Source: Camelus dromedarius
Lineage: Eukaryota
Assembly (NCBI RefSeq): GCF_036321535.1
Contig: NC_087436.1
Location: forward strand, 92,692,001-92,756,000
Direction: 5' to 3'
Length of the DNA stretch: 64,000 nt
Shown: positions 38,959 through 54,046 of the stretch, in pieces
How the letters are laid out: every line of letters begins with the position of its first letter
How positions within the stretch are numbered: position 1 is the first letter of the stretch
Notes under the pieces: model-generated
The model's input: only the letters and a program-made list of their open reading frames with translations
What the model was told of the DNA's origin: nothing
Databases searched by the model: none
Made by a program: the position numbers and the translations under genes

Positions 38959-41900
38959 CCCTGGGTGAACAATGCTTCCAGAAGCAGCGAGGTCCCCATG
39001 ACTGAAGGTGGTATTTAAGCATCATTTGTACAACCACTTGGCAGGGTCCTAGAAAAGCCATGGGCATAGGCTCAGTCACAAGAATAAAAGACCACTTTGG
39101 TCCCTTCTAGGACTACGAGTTTATGATTCTGAAGCCACCGTGACCTTTCTGCTATGCAAATAGGAAAAGCAAAGGAGTATTCCTCAGTCATTTTCCACCG
39201 AATGATAGTATGCACACCCCTGTTCCTGCTGCAGTAGCATCTCAGCATTAAAATGTTGAAGCTAATCAGACATTTAATTTCAAAGTGGAAGGTCATTATC
39301 TTGTCACAAAATTTTATTCCAATTACTTTTTTTTCCTATTATACGAAATGAATTAAAAGTAGCACAAAACATTGGGAGATCAAACAGTCAATCAGAAGCT
39401 CATTAAATATCACTGAAATTGGTGCAATAAAAAGCATTTCCCATGGCTGACTTATTATTTAAAAGCTATATTCTGGATGGCTCAAGGAATTGACAAGCTG
39501 CCAATCAAAAAATCACCCAGTCCATAAATAGCCACTAGGCTTTTAAAAGTTCACTACCTATTTTTTTTTTTTTTGGAGATAAGAGTAAATATCTAAAAAG
39601 ATTTAAAGCATGGGTGTAATTACCATCCTGTCAGCCCCTATGAGACCCTAAAGAGAAGATATCAACAAAAGCCACCATCTGATCATCTGGACTATAATTT
39701 AGAGCAAGATGCTTACAAAGTGCTACCAGTGATTTTATAAACACTTCAATACATTACATTTACGTACAATACTTAGCTAAGTACAACCCCAGGCAGGGAG
39801 TAGTGGTCAGTTACAATTTAAAAACTGAGTTCAACTCCACACTTAGAGTAAATGCCCATTTTATTCTCTAAAGAGTGATTATTGAGCACTTCATTTTTCT
39901 ATGGACCCAGACATAGGTGACTGCTAGCATGAGAATCTAAAAGCTGGTCATTTAAAAAATTCTAACATTTTTCCTCTAGGACCTCTTTTTATTTTCTTAG
40001 CTAAACCACTCATTTTACCGTTCAGTTTTATAGAAACATTCACTTTTTTACATACAGGATGGCAGGTCCTTCTCGCTGGTAAAATATAACAACAGAACTA
40101 CTGTTCCCAGTCTCTTACGCTGTTTAAATGGTGAGGATGATACAAATTAAAAATACATAAGCAAAAGAGAAAGCTCCCAGGTATAAGAAATTACTTCTTC
40201 AGTAGGACTGAAGAATTTCTCCTCTCTAACCCCCGCAACACACACACACAAACTGCCACCCCCCAATTTCTTTTCAAAAGCCAGGACTTATTGGCAAATT
40301 ATCTGGGAGGAAAGTGGGAGGGAAACATTTCAATGCAAAATTCAGAACTGCTTTATAGAAGGAGAAGTGTGGGGAGGTTTGTTATCATTTATTTCCTCCA
40401 CTATATCATTCAATTTCAGCTGTCTCACGTCTCAGAAGAAGCTACCCCATTTCTCACTTATGTGCCTAAGAAACATCTCCCTGGCATCTCATTCTCTCTC
40501 CTTGTCTTTCACCAGCATTTCATTATTTCTTAACTGTCCCTCTCATGCTTGTCTCCCTTTTTCTTAGTGATCCACGTGTCCTCATTTAGCAGTTTTCAGA
40601 AGCCAGGGAGAAATGTTGCAAATAATGTTAAATATGATTAATATCTTGAATTCCTTGAAATATGACATGCATGAGTTACAATGAAACCTCTTTTATTTCC
40701 CCATGAAATGCTTTTGCATAATGAGAAAGAAAATGTCCTCTATGCCCTAATCAGCCCTGACAGTTCCTGGACTCCCAAATACTTTTATTTATGGCATTAT
40801 TTATTTCATCTCTAATAAATGGAGGGGGGGTGCGGAGCACCATCTGAGGAGGCAGAAGGAGAGAGGGATACTATCTAGGGTGGAGAAACACAGAAGCTGA
40901 TCTGCAAGGAGAGAGGCTTCCAAAGGAAGGGGGATCTGGCAAATGAGAGGCCAAGGTCCTGAACCCTCAGAAGAAGAAAATAGCTCACCTTCCCAAGAGT
41001 AAAAGGAAAGCTCTGGAAAGGAATCTAACTTCAGAGGGGAAAGATGATGGTCAGGCATTGAGGAAGCCAAGCATCCAGAATCTGAACGTGGAGAATGAAG
41101 ATTGAAGGCTTGAAAACCAAACCTGGGAGGGAGTGTGCTGGTTTTGGAGTTGCCCTAGGGGAGGGGTGATTTGCTCCCAAGAGTGGCTGGGAGAAGGCAG
41201 GACAATCCACGACGAGATTTGAAGACATCTCTAGCCCATGGGATCCTCCTCCAAACCACAGAGGCTCTTCCCTCATTCAAACAACTGCTGAAACTGTGTG
41301 TCCTCCAGAAACCCTGGCCTGGTGGCCCTAGGTGCACTGAGGAACTGTCTGGGCAACGCTGGAAGCAAGAGCGTTCATACTATCTTGGTCCTACAAGCAC
41401 ATACACATATATATCAAATGACATTGCTGAGGGTCACCATCCCCAAAGTAGATATCATGTCATGTTTTTCCCTCAATTGCACAGAGGTCTACCTGCTACA
41501 AGAAGTGAGAATTTGAATACCTGGGTACATCTGTACAACTCAGCCATACACTTGAGTATATGACTTTGGGCAATACCCTTGAAGAGCCTCGGTTTTCTCA
41601 TCTGTAGAATGGGGAAACTAATTCTATCATGCCCTCTCGGTACCCCGTAGTAAACTAACCAAATAATGTGAAACTCCAATTCCTTGTGTGCTCCTATGAC
41701 CGTATGAGCTGGAAGGCTACGAGCTGGGTATAGGCAGAAACCCCTGGGCGAGCAAACAACTCGCAGCGACCTGGGTCAAGGCCGTCTAGGTATTCTTTTC
41801 AGAAGGTCGGGGGAGCAATTCCTGACCGGCAGAAGAACGGGCTGTAACATCTACCCGAGGCATACACGTACTCCAGCTACCCCGCCCCGCCCCAACTACT

Positions 41901-42178
41901 ACCAGTCCCTCAGTGCAGCCCCGAGAGTTTGGGGTCATGCAGGGGGCGCCAAGAGCTCCTTCCTGAAACTGGACCCCGCCCACAGCAGCACATCTGCTGC
42001 TCCGAAGTCTCGTCCCGGCTGGAACCTCGCGCTGTTACCAGCGCGCCCTCCGGGTCCCGGCTTATCCCTTCCCTGCCCCCCGTCGGAGACGCACACTCGA
42101 CCGGGCGACCACGCGGGCAGCAGCGGCGGCGCCAGGCTCCGCCTCCGCCCCCATTATCATTAGCAGATATTACCCTAA

Positions 42179-43036
<858 letters not shown>

Positions 43037-44219
43037 TGAGGGGCGCGCGGGGAGAGCAGGGGGCGCACAGACCGGGCTGAGGGAGGGTCGGGGCGTCCGA
43101 GCGCACCCCCGAGGCCTCCACGCGCGGGCCGCAACTTCTGGAGGATTCCGCGCCGCCGCCTCCACCGCCGCCGCGTCCTGGGCTTCCGACGGCGCGCGCG
43201 CCTCTTAACAGGTGGCTCCGCCGCTCGCATCCCGCTTGGCGCCCAGGAAGCGCGGCGGTGGCGATCGGCGGCCGAGACCGTTCGGGAGGGGGCCGGGGAG
43301 GCAGCCTGGCGTCGGACCGCGGCCCGGGAGTAGGGCGGGCGGGACACCCTAAGGTGACAGCGGCGGCGGCCGCTCCGGGAGAAGCGAGCGCTACTCCGGC
43401 GGCTCTCAGGGCCGCCCTCCGCTGCTTCACTTTCTCCCCCACTTCTTCCCTTTATTTCCGTCTCTTCCATTTGTTTTTTTCCTCCTCTTTACTTCTCGCT
43501 CGCCTTCCCGTTCCCTTTTTCCCTCGCTGTGTCGCGGTCCACTCTTACGGCCCTCGGGCTGTCTCCCTTCTCTTTTCCTGTGCGTTTTTCCCGGGTGCGC
43601 GCTGTCTGCGTCTCCCTGCTCCTCTTTCCCACACACCCCGGAGTCTCAGCCCGTGGGTGTGAGAACGCCGCACGCCTCGGCACCAGCCACGCGAGTGGAA
43701 CGGGGGCTCGCCTGGCGCCGCCGACTTCGGGCGAGGAGACGTCCGCCCCGCCCCCCGCCCCGCCGCCGCGCCCCCACAAGTGCCCTTCGGGGAGAGCCCC
43801 CACCCCGGGTTCGAGACTCCCTGCCGGCTGCGGGGGGCGGGGGAGGCGCGCTGGTGGAGAGGCCGCCGCCTGAGGCCTGCGCCCCGGGGTGCTCCCTGCT
43901 CCCTTGACGCGCAGCCGCGTTTTCCCGCTTCTCAGAACTAAAAGTTCCCGCTCGGGCCTTTTATGATACGTTGAAGCTCCCAAAATCCTGCATATCGGTG
44001 AATCCAAGGCGCTTTTTTTTTTCTAATGAAAATATGAGCGTTGTCTTGAAATGAGTTATAGATGCCTAAGCTCCTGTTCTGTTGTTTGTCAATATTTTGA
44101 CACATGAAGGATTGGTTTTGAGGCAGAAAATCTAATTACAGTTTATAGTGAAGACTTACTCTGTCACATCCCTCACTGATTCGGAGATGTTGGAGGGCTT
44201 TCGCCGGGGTTCTTAGTTG

Positions 44220-44980
44220 GATGTTCTTATTGTTTGTGGGGTGTGGTTTTATTCTGTTTTGATATTCTATTGTGTTTTTATATTCGTTTTTAAGCTACCC
44301 TACTTCTGTTTTCCTCGTTTTTCATTTGTCTTCTCCCCCTTTTTAGTGAGGTTTGTGTTCCTTCTGGGTTTGGGGTTTGATTTTCTTCTATACTACTTGT
44401 TCATTTCTTGTTTATTTCCCAGCTCTGCCTTTTCTTTATTTTTGTCTTGTCCAGAAGTTTGGGTCCTTTTCCCATATTCTATATTTTGCTTACTCCTTTG
44501 CAAAATCTCAGTTCCACCACGTTCACTGGGGTTTTCCCCCTCTTTATCTGCCCAGTTCAGTCTTTAATCTCATCTTGCTTTCTCCTTTCAGTCTTTGCTG
44601 TCTTTCTTTTACATTTTTAAATAGGATATAAAATTTTCCCCCTCTCGTTTTCATTTTCCTCCATAGTTTTAACCTTGCCTTTTCTTTCTGTTTTTCGTGT
44701 ATTATTCCTTTTTTCTGCACCAGTCACTTGCTGTTCTTTTCCGGGCCCCTTCTACAATGGCAGTTCCCCTGCTCTTTCATCCAGGACTTTTTGTTGTTTT
44801 TCTTCTTACCTTGTCCTGAATGTTCTCTTTCGGTATTTCTTCTAATGTCCTGTTTAGTTTATTTTGTCTGTGTCCCCAGGTGGAAATCCCATAACAGAAT
44901 CCGAAAGAGTGAAAAGGGGCTTGTTGATGCTCCTCAGACTCCCGATATTTCTTATTTCCTTTTATTGTCAGTTTTTCTTT
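44220..44980 (+). repeat. T/C-rich low-complexity tract in BEND4 intron
   Basis: About 760 bp of strongly T-biased sequence; generates spurious F/L/S-rich ORFs. Confidence 0.8.
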
Positions 44981-47900
44981 AGGAGAGATCGTAGAGAGGT
45001 AAGCTTGGTAGCACCAAGGGCAGGATGCCGTGTGTTTTTTGAAAAGCTCGGAATTGGATGGTAGATTTCTTCCATGCAGTGAGGAAAATGGTCTTGGGGA
45101 GGGTGGGGGGGGGACCACAGTACTAGACATCATGAATTGTGGTCATAATACTAATCACTGAGGGACAAAGCCATCTGACAGGCACAGAGATGTGAGTGGC
45201 CATCAGAGGGACAGTCACCTGAAGAGCTGATTGGCTCTTTGAGAAACTAGTGGTTCCACTTTGAACCAATAAGCATGTGTGCACAGAGCCATTTAAGCAT
45301 ACCAGGTGGGGTGTGGGTGGGGGGTTGCTTGTTGCACCCTCACAACAGTGTTTTTGCAATGTCTCAGGGCCACCTGGTAAACTGAAAATAGTCAAAACAT
45401 TGATGTGATTAAATGAATCAAGGATGGAAGGGAGATAGCTGAGTGTCCAGAGTAAATGCAGTGAAGAGATGAAAGGGTTGAAGTGAGTCTTACTTGCCAT
45501 TAAGGGCCATAAACCATTGAGAGGAGAAATACACGATTAAAAATAGATTTTTTCAACATTATAAAGTCTCCTGAAGAGTATAATTTTCCTTAAAAGGGGT
45601 AATATACCATGATTCTAAAAGCATATTTTTCCTCTGTGGGAGGCTTAGAGTTAAAACCCATGTAGATCTTGATATGCAGCCTAAATTTGGCATCAGGAAA
45701 TGGGAAATTGCATCTTTAAGCAGAGTACAATCAAAAATGAATTACAATAAATCCTATATAATTGCATAGGTCATTCTCTTTAATGAGATTTTATTAACCT
45801 GACTGTCAAGCTTTTGAGTCAGGCAGATATTTTATCTTCTTCAACTGATAAAAGTGTCAGCTATAAACCACCATATAAATATTCATAAATCTACACATCT
45901 GTGGCAGCCTATCAGCATCATTCTTTTGGACATTAAAAGCATTCTAATTACTTTCTGTCTAGCAGAGCTGAAATGCTGCCTGTTATAGTATGTGCTTGGC
46001 AGGCATGATTGCTTTTGTTTGCCATCACAAATAGCAGCATCCTATTTTATATACCGATGGTCCAGAAAATATTCAGGGATTGACTGAGCAGGATGAATAT
46101 TAGGAAGCACCATCTGGTTTTGATAGCACCAAGTATATTAACTCATCTGTTAATTTTTGACACATCATTGATTTATTTATTTAGAAAAATTGCATCCTGT
46201 TTTGCTGTGTTGATGTTTGCCATTAGGAAAAAAAATTGGATGGCATTTTTTTTTAAAGACATACAGTAGTTCATTGATTTAAGACAGGGGTGATGCTTCC
46301 AAAGATGCTTTCATTTTCCAACTTCTATTTTCTATGCTATGAAGTCCTCTCATGAAAAGAAGTTATATTAATGTTTTAAGGAAGTCATCTATTTTGAACT
46401 AGTTGGAATTTCTTTTGGTAGATGTAATATATGGATACATGATAGTATAGGTCAGAAAAATTTTCCTTCTGCTTCTGCATTTTTAATATTAATAAATTTC
46501 ACCCTTCGCTGGGCTAAAATCAAAAGGTTACCACTAATCTTGACTACTGTGATCTCCCTTCATGGAAACAGAATACTCTTGGGATTATGCTGTGATGGGC
46601 AAATTCCATTCAAGGCTTTCTTTACAAAGAAGGACGTTAAAGTAGGGAGTCTGTGTTTTGATTGCTCCATCCCTCTTCTTCATTTATCAGATTTAGCTTG
46701 GATTAAACCACTTACATTTTGAAGAATTTCTCGAAATGAATTTTTTAATTAAAAAAATAATCATGGGTTCAGATTATAGAATCAGACTAGGCACAGTTTG
46801 CAACATGATATTATCTCTGAACAGATTGCACAATAAAGCTAAATAAATTAGAGAGACGTGGTCATTTTAGAGTGCTCTGTGATTGTGACTTATTAACATT
46901 TTATGGTGTTTAATTTTAGAGAAGCTAGGGATAAAGGAGGTTGTTTTAGAGCCCTTTTGTAAACTGTTGACTTTGTAATTCTCTACCATCACTTGAGGGG
47001 AGCATTCTGTGACTAGGAAAGAAAAGTTTTGAAAATTCAAAATACATTTTCACACTTTGCTCAGTTAAGAATCATGGATCGGTGACCATTCAATTGTGTT
47101 CATGTGAAAACAGAACTTTTCTCCATTTCTTAGTGATAATGGGCATCGCACAGTACTTGTGTTTATAATTATACTGTCTGGAAAGCTAAGTATTGCTGCT
47201 AGCAGTACACATTAAGTGGAAAGATTTGCTGTTTTCCATCAAGTATAATAGTAATATTTTTCATTGCACACTTCAATGTATTGATGTGAAATACTATTCA
47301 GATATTTTAAGGTACTGAAAAAAGAATTCAGCTTTAAGGATTACAGTTGCTATTTTTACATATATCAGTTCTGAGAATAAATTCAGAATGAAGCATTTGA
47401 AAAAAAACTGTAGACAAGAACTGTTTTATGATTATAGTTACTCTCTGATATTCTGAGTGCACTTTCATACATTATCTTCATAATGTAGTGTATTACATAA
47501 TGATTTTTTCTCGGCATATTACAAGTTTATCCTTCATTTAAGAAAACAAATCATGCTTGTCCTGAAGTCAGATTTTTTTCCCTAAAAATCTATATCATAA
47601 TGTGAGTTATCAATATGATTAAAACAACTGAGTGCTCTTTAGGACATTGGACAAAATATATTCAAACAGTTCTTTCTAGGTAATTCTGTTTTAGCCTTTC
47701 CTTTCATAGTTTGCTCCCTTCATCAAGGTTATGTTAAAGGTATATAGGCTGTAAATCAACTGGGACATGCTGATTAAAATGCAAACAGTAAATACAACTT
47801 TGGGTCTAGAATGGGATTATAGGATTAAATGAATGAAAACTGCTAGTGTGCTACAGTTGAGACTCCCCAATCAGTATCGTCCTTTGATTTTACTGATAAA

Positions 47901-49677
47901 AGAACAAAAAGCTAGAAGTAAATAAAAATCTCATACCTTCCCCACTTGTATGGTTCAGCTGTTTACTTTCTTGTTCATTTGGTTTGGGTCATTGTAAGAT
48001 ATAATACGCAACTATTTGAGGTCTTTTCTCCATTAAGATTTGGTTTAAATCATGAGCTCGGTTCTTCCTTTCCACCTGGCTGGGGACAGAGGCATCATCT
48101 CTTCCAGTGTTCGGTGTGTGAAAGATACTTCCCATACCCGCATCCCTTCTTCTCCAGGGCAGCAAGCCCACTCTGTCTTGGCTGCCACTCCGGCCAAGTT
48201 CCTAGCTCATCAGGCAGCTCTAGCCTGAAACTCTACCTGGCATCCAGTTATTTCTTCAGCACTCAAAATCACTGTAAAAAACAAGCTTGCGCCCAATATT
48301 TGTGGAATGTTCAGATGAGAGTACAAAAGCTATAAACTAAGACACTCTATTCATTTATAAGAGTCTCCGCGTGTATTAGTAAATATTTCTTGAGACACTG
48401 TGCTGGTCCTCATCCCCCATCTGCTCATGGAACATGCAGCCTGTAATCCTCTCCTGAACTTCAGAGAACTGGCCTCCGAGTTGACTTGTCATTTTTCCTG
48501 AGGGATTTAGGAGCAGTAGCATTTTATAGATTCAGAAGATTGTCAAAAGTGCTTCCTATATGCTCTGGGCTGTGTCTGTATTCTTATTAAATAGTTGAAA
48601 AAGGAGACTTGTCCCACCTTCCCCTGACATCTTAGTTACTTTGGGAAGAACAGTAAGAAGCAACACAATAAAGCATGAAGTACTGCAGGGAGCTTTCTGA
48701 AGGTTGGCTTCGGTGGTCATCATCCTGCATTTTCTAGAAGAATCAGTTTCTTAGCCACAGCTATTTGATTCGTTGTCCCCCTGGAAGCCCTTGAGCATCT
48801 CACCATTTTTCATTTTTAAAGGTTCCTAAGGGGGGAAAAATACAGCTAGTCAACATTTCCAGAGACTGCATGTTGTTGGTTACATTTCTGTCATAAACAA
48901 TGGACATTGGCATCTAAAATCTACAGTATTTTGTTTGTTGCCATTGTTCTGTGTTGGCGGAGAGGAGATGAGGGGCACCCTCATACCTCTAAGTAAACCC
49001 TAAAATGTATCTCTCTCTGGGTATTTACAAACAGCCCCTTCTGGGTGGTGGTCTGGAAAGAAGAGAATGTTCCTTGTAATGGTTACATTTAGGGTGAAGT
49101 TTCAAGATCCTTGGACTGACAATATTAAATCACATTTTCACTATGGAGGGGTTTTTTTTCCTTTCTTTTTTTCTTTTTGAAGTGAACTGATTGTTTTCTG
49201 TTTGCTGTTTGCTTTCCACTGATCGACAGTTAACATGCTTTAGAGTACGTTTACGGGGGCTGCCTGGCACTCGGCACATGCCGTCGTAGAGGTTTGGTGA
49301 TTTGATGGGAGAGGCTCTAAGGGGAGGCAGTGCTGCTTTTCAGGTGATCCTGATATAGATCAGCCTACACGTTGATCTTGACAAGAAATCGAAGTTGGCA
49401 GACAGATTAAAAGAAAGAAGCGTGAACACAGATGTTGGCTGACATGGTCTTGCTTTGGGTTTATCATCATCGGCCTCAAAGGCCCATGCATCGTTTTACC
49501 TTAGATGTTTCGCGATCTCTTCAAAGAAACTTATCTTTCTTCTCCAGTTTGCATCTGGGAGCGACGTCCTCTCAGCAGGGACTGGATCAGCTGATTAATA
49601 GCAAGGGCATGAGGGCACTCCAGAAATAGAAGTAATGATTGCTCTCAGCCCTCCTGTCAATGAGGAATTGAGTCTGC

Positions 49678-49770
49678 AGGGCTGGCTCGGTTCATTAGAA
49701 TGAGGATATTAATGAAGCCAAAGGTGTAGGTTCAGATCTGTGCTGTCCAGTTCATGCCACAGAGAGGGTG
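49678..49770 (+). mobile_element. Ancient tRNA-derived SINE head (MamSINE1-like)
   Basis: GGCTGGCTCGGTTCATTAGAATGAGGATATTAATGAAGCCAAAGGTGTAGGTTCAGATC resembles a degenerate tRNA-Ile-type head. Confidence 0.45.
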
Positions 49771-50005
49771 TCTCTGCCCAGTGCCCCCATCAGAGCCCAG
49801 CCTTCTCCCAGAGTCTGGCTGGGGTGACTCACCAGGCACCCCATCAGCCACAAAGCCACAGGAAGCTATGCATCCTATTACAAGTGGACTCACCATGTCA
49901 CCTTGGTGTGTGGCAGAGAGTAAAAATCCATGTTTTTGACATTTTTTAATGTCAAACTCCAAATGGAGGACCTAATTTGTCCTTGTCTTGGCTCACAGTC
50001 TCTGA

Positions 50006-50767
<762 letters not shown>

Positions 50768-51249
50768 TAAACAGAAATTTCAGGATGAGCCACTAGCCAC
50801 AGTCTTCTTGAGTTTAGGCCAGAAAAATATAGTCACATTAAAAGATGTCTGTATCAATACAGAAGTGGTTCCTAGATGTGGTGCAGTGAGATTGAAGTAG
50901 GCCAGGTGCTGTGAGCCTGAGTTTTCTTCAAAAAGTGACCCTGCTTCTTTAAAATAGTTTCTGCATGTTTTAAAGACTTTGATACATGTGTTTTATTAGT
51001 CAGTGATAGAAATTAAAGTGAAATGATAGCTGCAGAGGCAGGGTTCACATAGTACTATTTCTAGTCGGTTAATTTCTGCCCTTTCTTGTTAAGTTTCAAT
51101 GGCATAGTCGCTTTCTAGCATGCAAACTTCTCCTTGAGGTTAATAAGCAACTGTAAACTGAAAGGAGTAGCTCATGATTTTCCTTATATCTTTAAGTTCA
51201 TTCCTACATGTCTGTGGCTTATAAAAGATATTAATATCATTAACTAGAA

Positions 51250-51635
51250 CAGTGTCTTCAAACTTTTTGTTTTGTTTTGTTTTGTTTTGTTTTGTTTTGT
51301 TTTGTTTTGTTTTGTTTGGGGAGGGGGATAGTTAGGTTAATTCATTTATTTATTTTTAGAGGAGGTACTGGGGATTGAACCCAGGACCTCTACCACTGAG
51401 TATACCCTTCCCCAAACTTTTGAATTAAGCAGCTCATTGATAAAAATTTTTTTTGGATAGAAAATCTACCAAGGTACACATTCATTGGTTATTTCCATAC
51501 ATGTACTACTATTCTAATATATTATGTTCAGGGTAAAACACATGTAGTACCTTAAAAACTTTTCAGGCTGATCCATAAATAGAAGTAGAAATTATGCTCT
51601 TTTCCTAACTCGATGTCTTCGCACCACCCAATTTT
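51250..51635. mobile_element. Old hAT-Charlie-like element hosting the 51.3 kb SINE
   Basis: Starts CAGTGTCTTCAAACTTTT; continues after the SINE with TACATGTACTACTATTCTAATATATTATGT. Confidence 0.5.
51269..51412 (-). mobile_element. tRNA-derived SINE (camelid Vic-1 type) with internal deletion and (AAAAC)n tail
   Basis: Minus strand reads GGGAAGGGTATACTCAGTGGTAGAGGTCCTGGGTTCAATCCCCAGTACCTCC (A and B boxes); TSD CAAACTTTT at 51259 and 51413. Confidence 0.88.
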
Positions 51636-53963
51636 GTCTTTGTAGCTGATGTAGAAAGAAGGAAATGTTAAAGGAAGCTACCCACTTGTTTATTAGAATT
51701 GCCAAATGAGAAATTTATTTTCCTTCTGTCCTTGTATTTAAGAGAATTCCCCCAGATACGGTTTGGCTCAGAATACTTTTGAATTAGCGAGTGCAGTTGT
51801 CTTGGAGAGAAGCAAGAGGTGAAGTAAATCCATCCTGTTTTTGTCTTTGAGCCCTGGGGTTAGATGCAGAGTCATGGCATTTTCCCACATCAGGCAGGCT
51901 CTGACTGCAGGGGAGAGACTGGGCAGGACCCCTAAGAATGCCCTGGAACCAGATCGCAACTGGTTCCTCCAAGTCAGAGAGATCATGCATCTAACTAACC
52001 GGGATTTATAACTTTCACGGTTTTGTAAATCATGGTCAATTAAGTACGGATTTTACCCCAAAAGAGGATGTTCCATCTTATTCCCCACTCCTCCTCTTTC
52101 ATTAGGGGAGAGCACAGTGTCCTAGGGATCAGCCAACTGCAGATCCTAACATCAGCCGTTCAGAACTGTGGGTGAGCGTTTCCGAGTGCAAGGACAGGTG
52201 ACACAGATGTCCAGACCGTTATTGTCTAATTCTTAACCCTGAATATTTGGCAAGCCATCTATCCTTGGTAAACTTACCAACCAAATTCAGGATTCGCTCC
52301 ACCTCCAGTCCCCTGGATTAGTGCAGGTGGAATGTCTATGTCAGAACTCACTGCTGTCCTGCCACTAATCATTGTCCTCTACATCCCAGAAAGATGAAAA
52401 TGCTGCAATTTCTTGAGTCCTCCTGATGGTCAGACATTAATAATTGTTGAAGTTGGGCTAATGGTCATCACTGTTACTGTAAGGCGTCCCCTCCATCAAC
52501 TTGAACCAATGGCCATTGTACATAGAGAACCATGATTGCTTTAAATAATCCACACTGAAACTCAACTATATAGATGCAAATCAGTTTGTCAGTTATGATT
52601 AGAAAAAAAAGTGTGAAATGCCTGAAAGATTAGCTATTTGTGATTACTTAACACATGGACTCATTACCTAGGGACACCTTTGTGCTGGGCGTCAGGTCGA
52701 AAGCACCACTTGAGATGAAAACTTGAATCCAAGAGAGACATCACTGCCCTCTTGCCCTCACCTCTCAACTTCCATTTTTGGCTGTGGGTGGATCACCCAG
52801 GAATCCACTTTGGCACTCTGTGACCTATGCATTTGCGAGGGAGGAGAAATCTGTTATTTTTAAATACCCATATGAAGAAAAGTGCAGCTAGTAATACTCC
52901 GGTTTTGCACGTAACAAGAGTATTTTGTGAGCAGTAACTTTCCTGTATGATTTGTGATCAATTTTCCCTAAGCAGTGTTCATTCTTACTGGTGATCCCAG
53001 TAGGCCTCTGTTACCTTGGAGGCGGGTACATTTGCATGGAAGGACCTGGGGCTTTCTTCTAGTAGAATGTGCCCTTGTGTTGTAGGATCATTCTTTTTAC
53101 AGCCAGCTGGCGGGATGAGCACAAAGGGGAGAGGAGCCCGCAGCAGTGAGCAAAGGAAATAAGGTTAAGGAGGAGGTGGGGGCACCGGCCGCAGGTCAGA
53201 GCCAAGACAGTGTTCCTCAGTCCCTTCCCTCTCTTTCCAGAGTTGTGCTGCCGAGCAACTCTGAGATTCCTGTTTGGTTTTGTTCTTTCCTGAAATAAAG
53301 CATTCATACGTGGGAGCAGTTTTTGATCTGAGAGTTCAAAAGAAATGAGCCTGTTAGTCTACAGGGAAAAGTGCTTTTACTGGGGCAGCCGTCAAAGGGG
53401 GAAAGGAAGGTGACAGACCTACGGAGAGGAAAGAAACAGAAGCACCACCGAGAGGCCTGCGGTTACTGTATTTGTGAAACAGTCAACAAAGTCTTATTGA
53501 TTATCAACTACTTGCAGGCAGGGAGCTTCTGAAACGAAGTCTTTAACTTACCTTCCAGAGTTACTTGCAGATGCAGGCAATGAAATATTTTGTCCCAAGG
53601 AAGTAGCATCAGCACATTTTCTTTTGTATTAGACTATCACACTAGACACTAGAAAGTCTGTTTAAAAGGTTAAATTTGTTAAAAGAATGTGAAAATGGGG
53701 TAAAAGAAAAAAGTAGCAAAAGGAAAAGATACTTGGATCAGGAATACAAAGAGCTGAGAGGTTATGAAAAGATGGGAAAAGATAGACAGACTTCCTCGAA
53801 GGAGAAGGAATCAGGTTGGAATGTTCACATTTATTTAGAAAGCTTACAGTCAGCACTAGGTGAAGAGAACCCATAAGGTAGGGTGGATATAAAATACCCC
53901 TATCATCTAATTTAAGGCCCCACTGAACATAAGAAACACCAGTACTTTAAAATATTTCAGTAA

Positions 53964-54046
53964 AAAATAAAATAAAATAAAATAAAATAAAATAAAATAA
54001 AATAAAATAAAATAAAATAAAATAAAATAAAATAAAATAAAATAAA
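53964..54046 (+). repeat. (AAAAT)n pentanucleotide repeat
   Basis: About 16 near-perfect units. Confidence 0.97.

Noticed and set aside
1..41700. Additional protein-coding gene in the upstream region
   Set aside because: Short ORFs mostly map to repeats or lack recognisable homology and splice-consistent structure; non-coding transcripts cannot be excluded from sequence alone
44217..44631. Hydrophobic membrane-protein-like ORFs
   Set aside because: Artefact of T-rich low-complexity intron sequence
53676..53876. Lys/Glu-rich ORF as a possible processed pseudogene
   Set aside because: Purine-rich composition, non-ATG start, no recognisable parent protein
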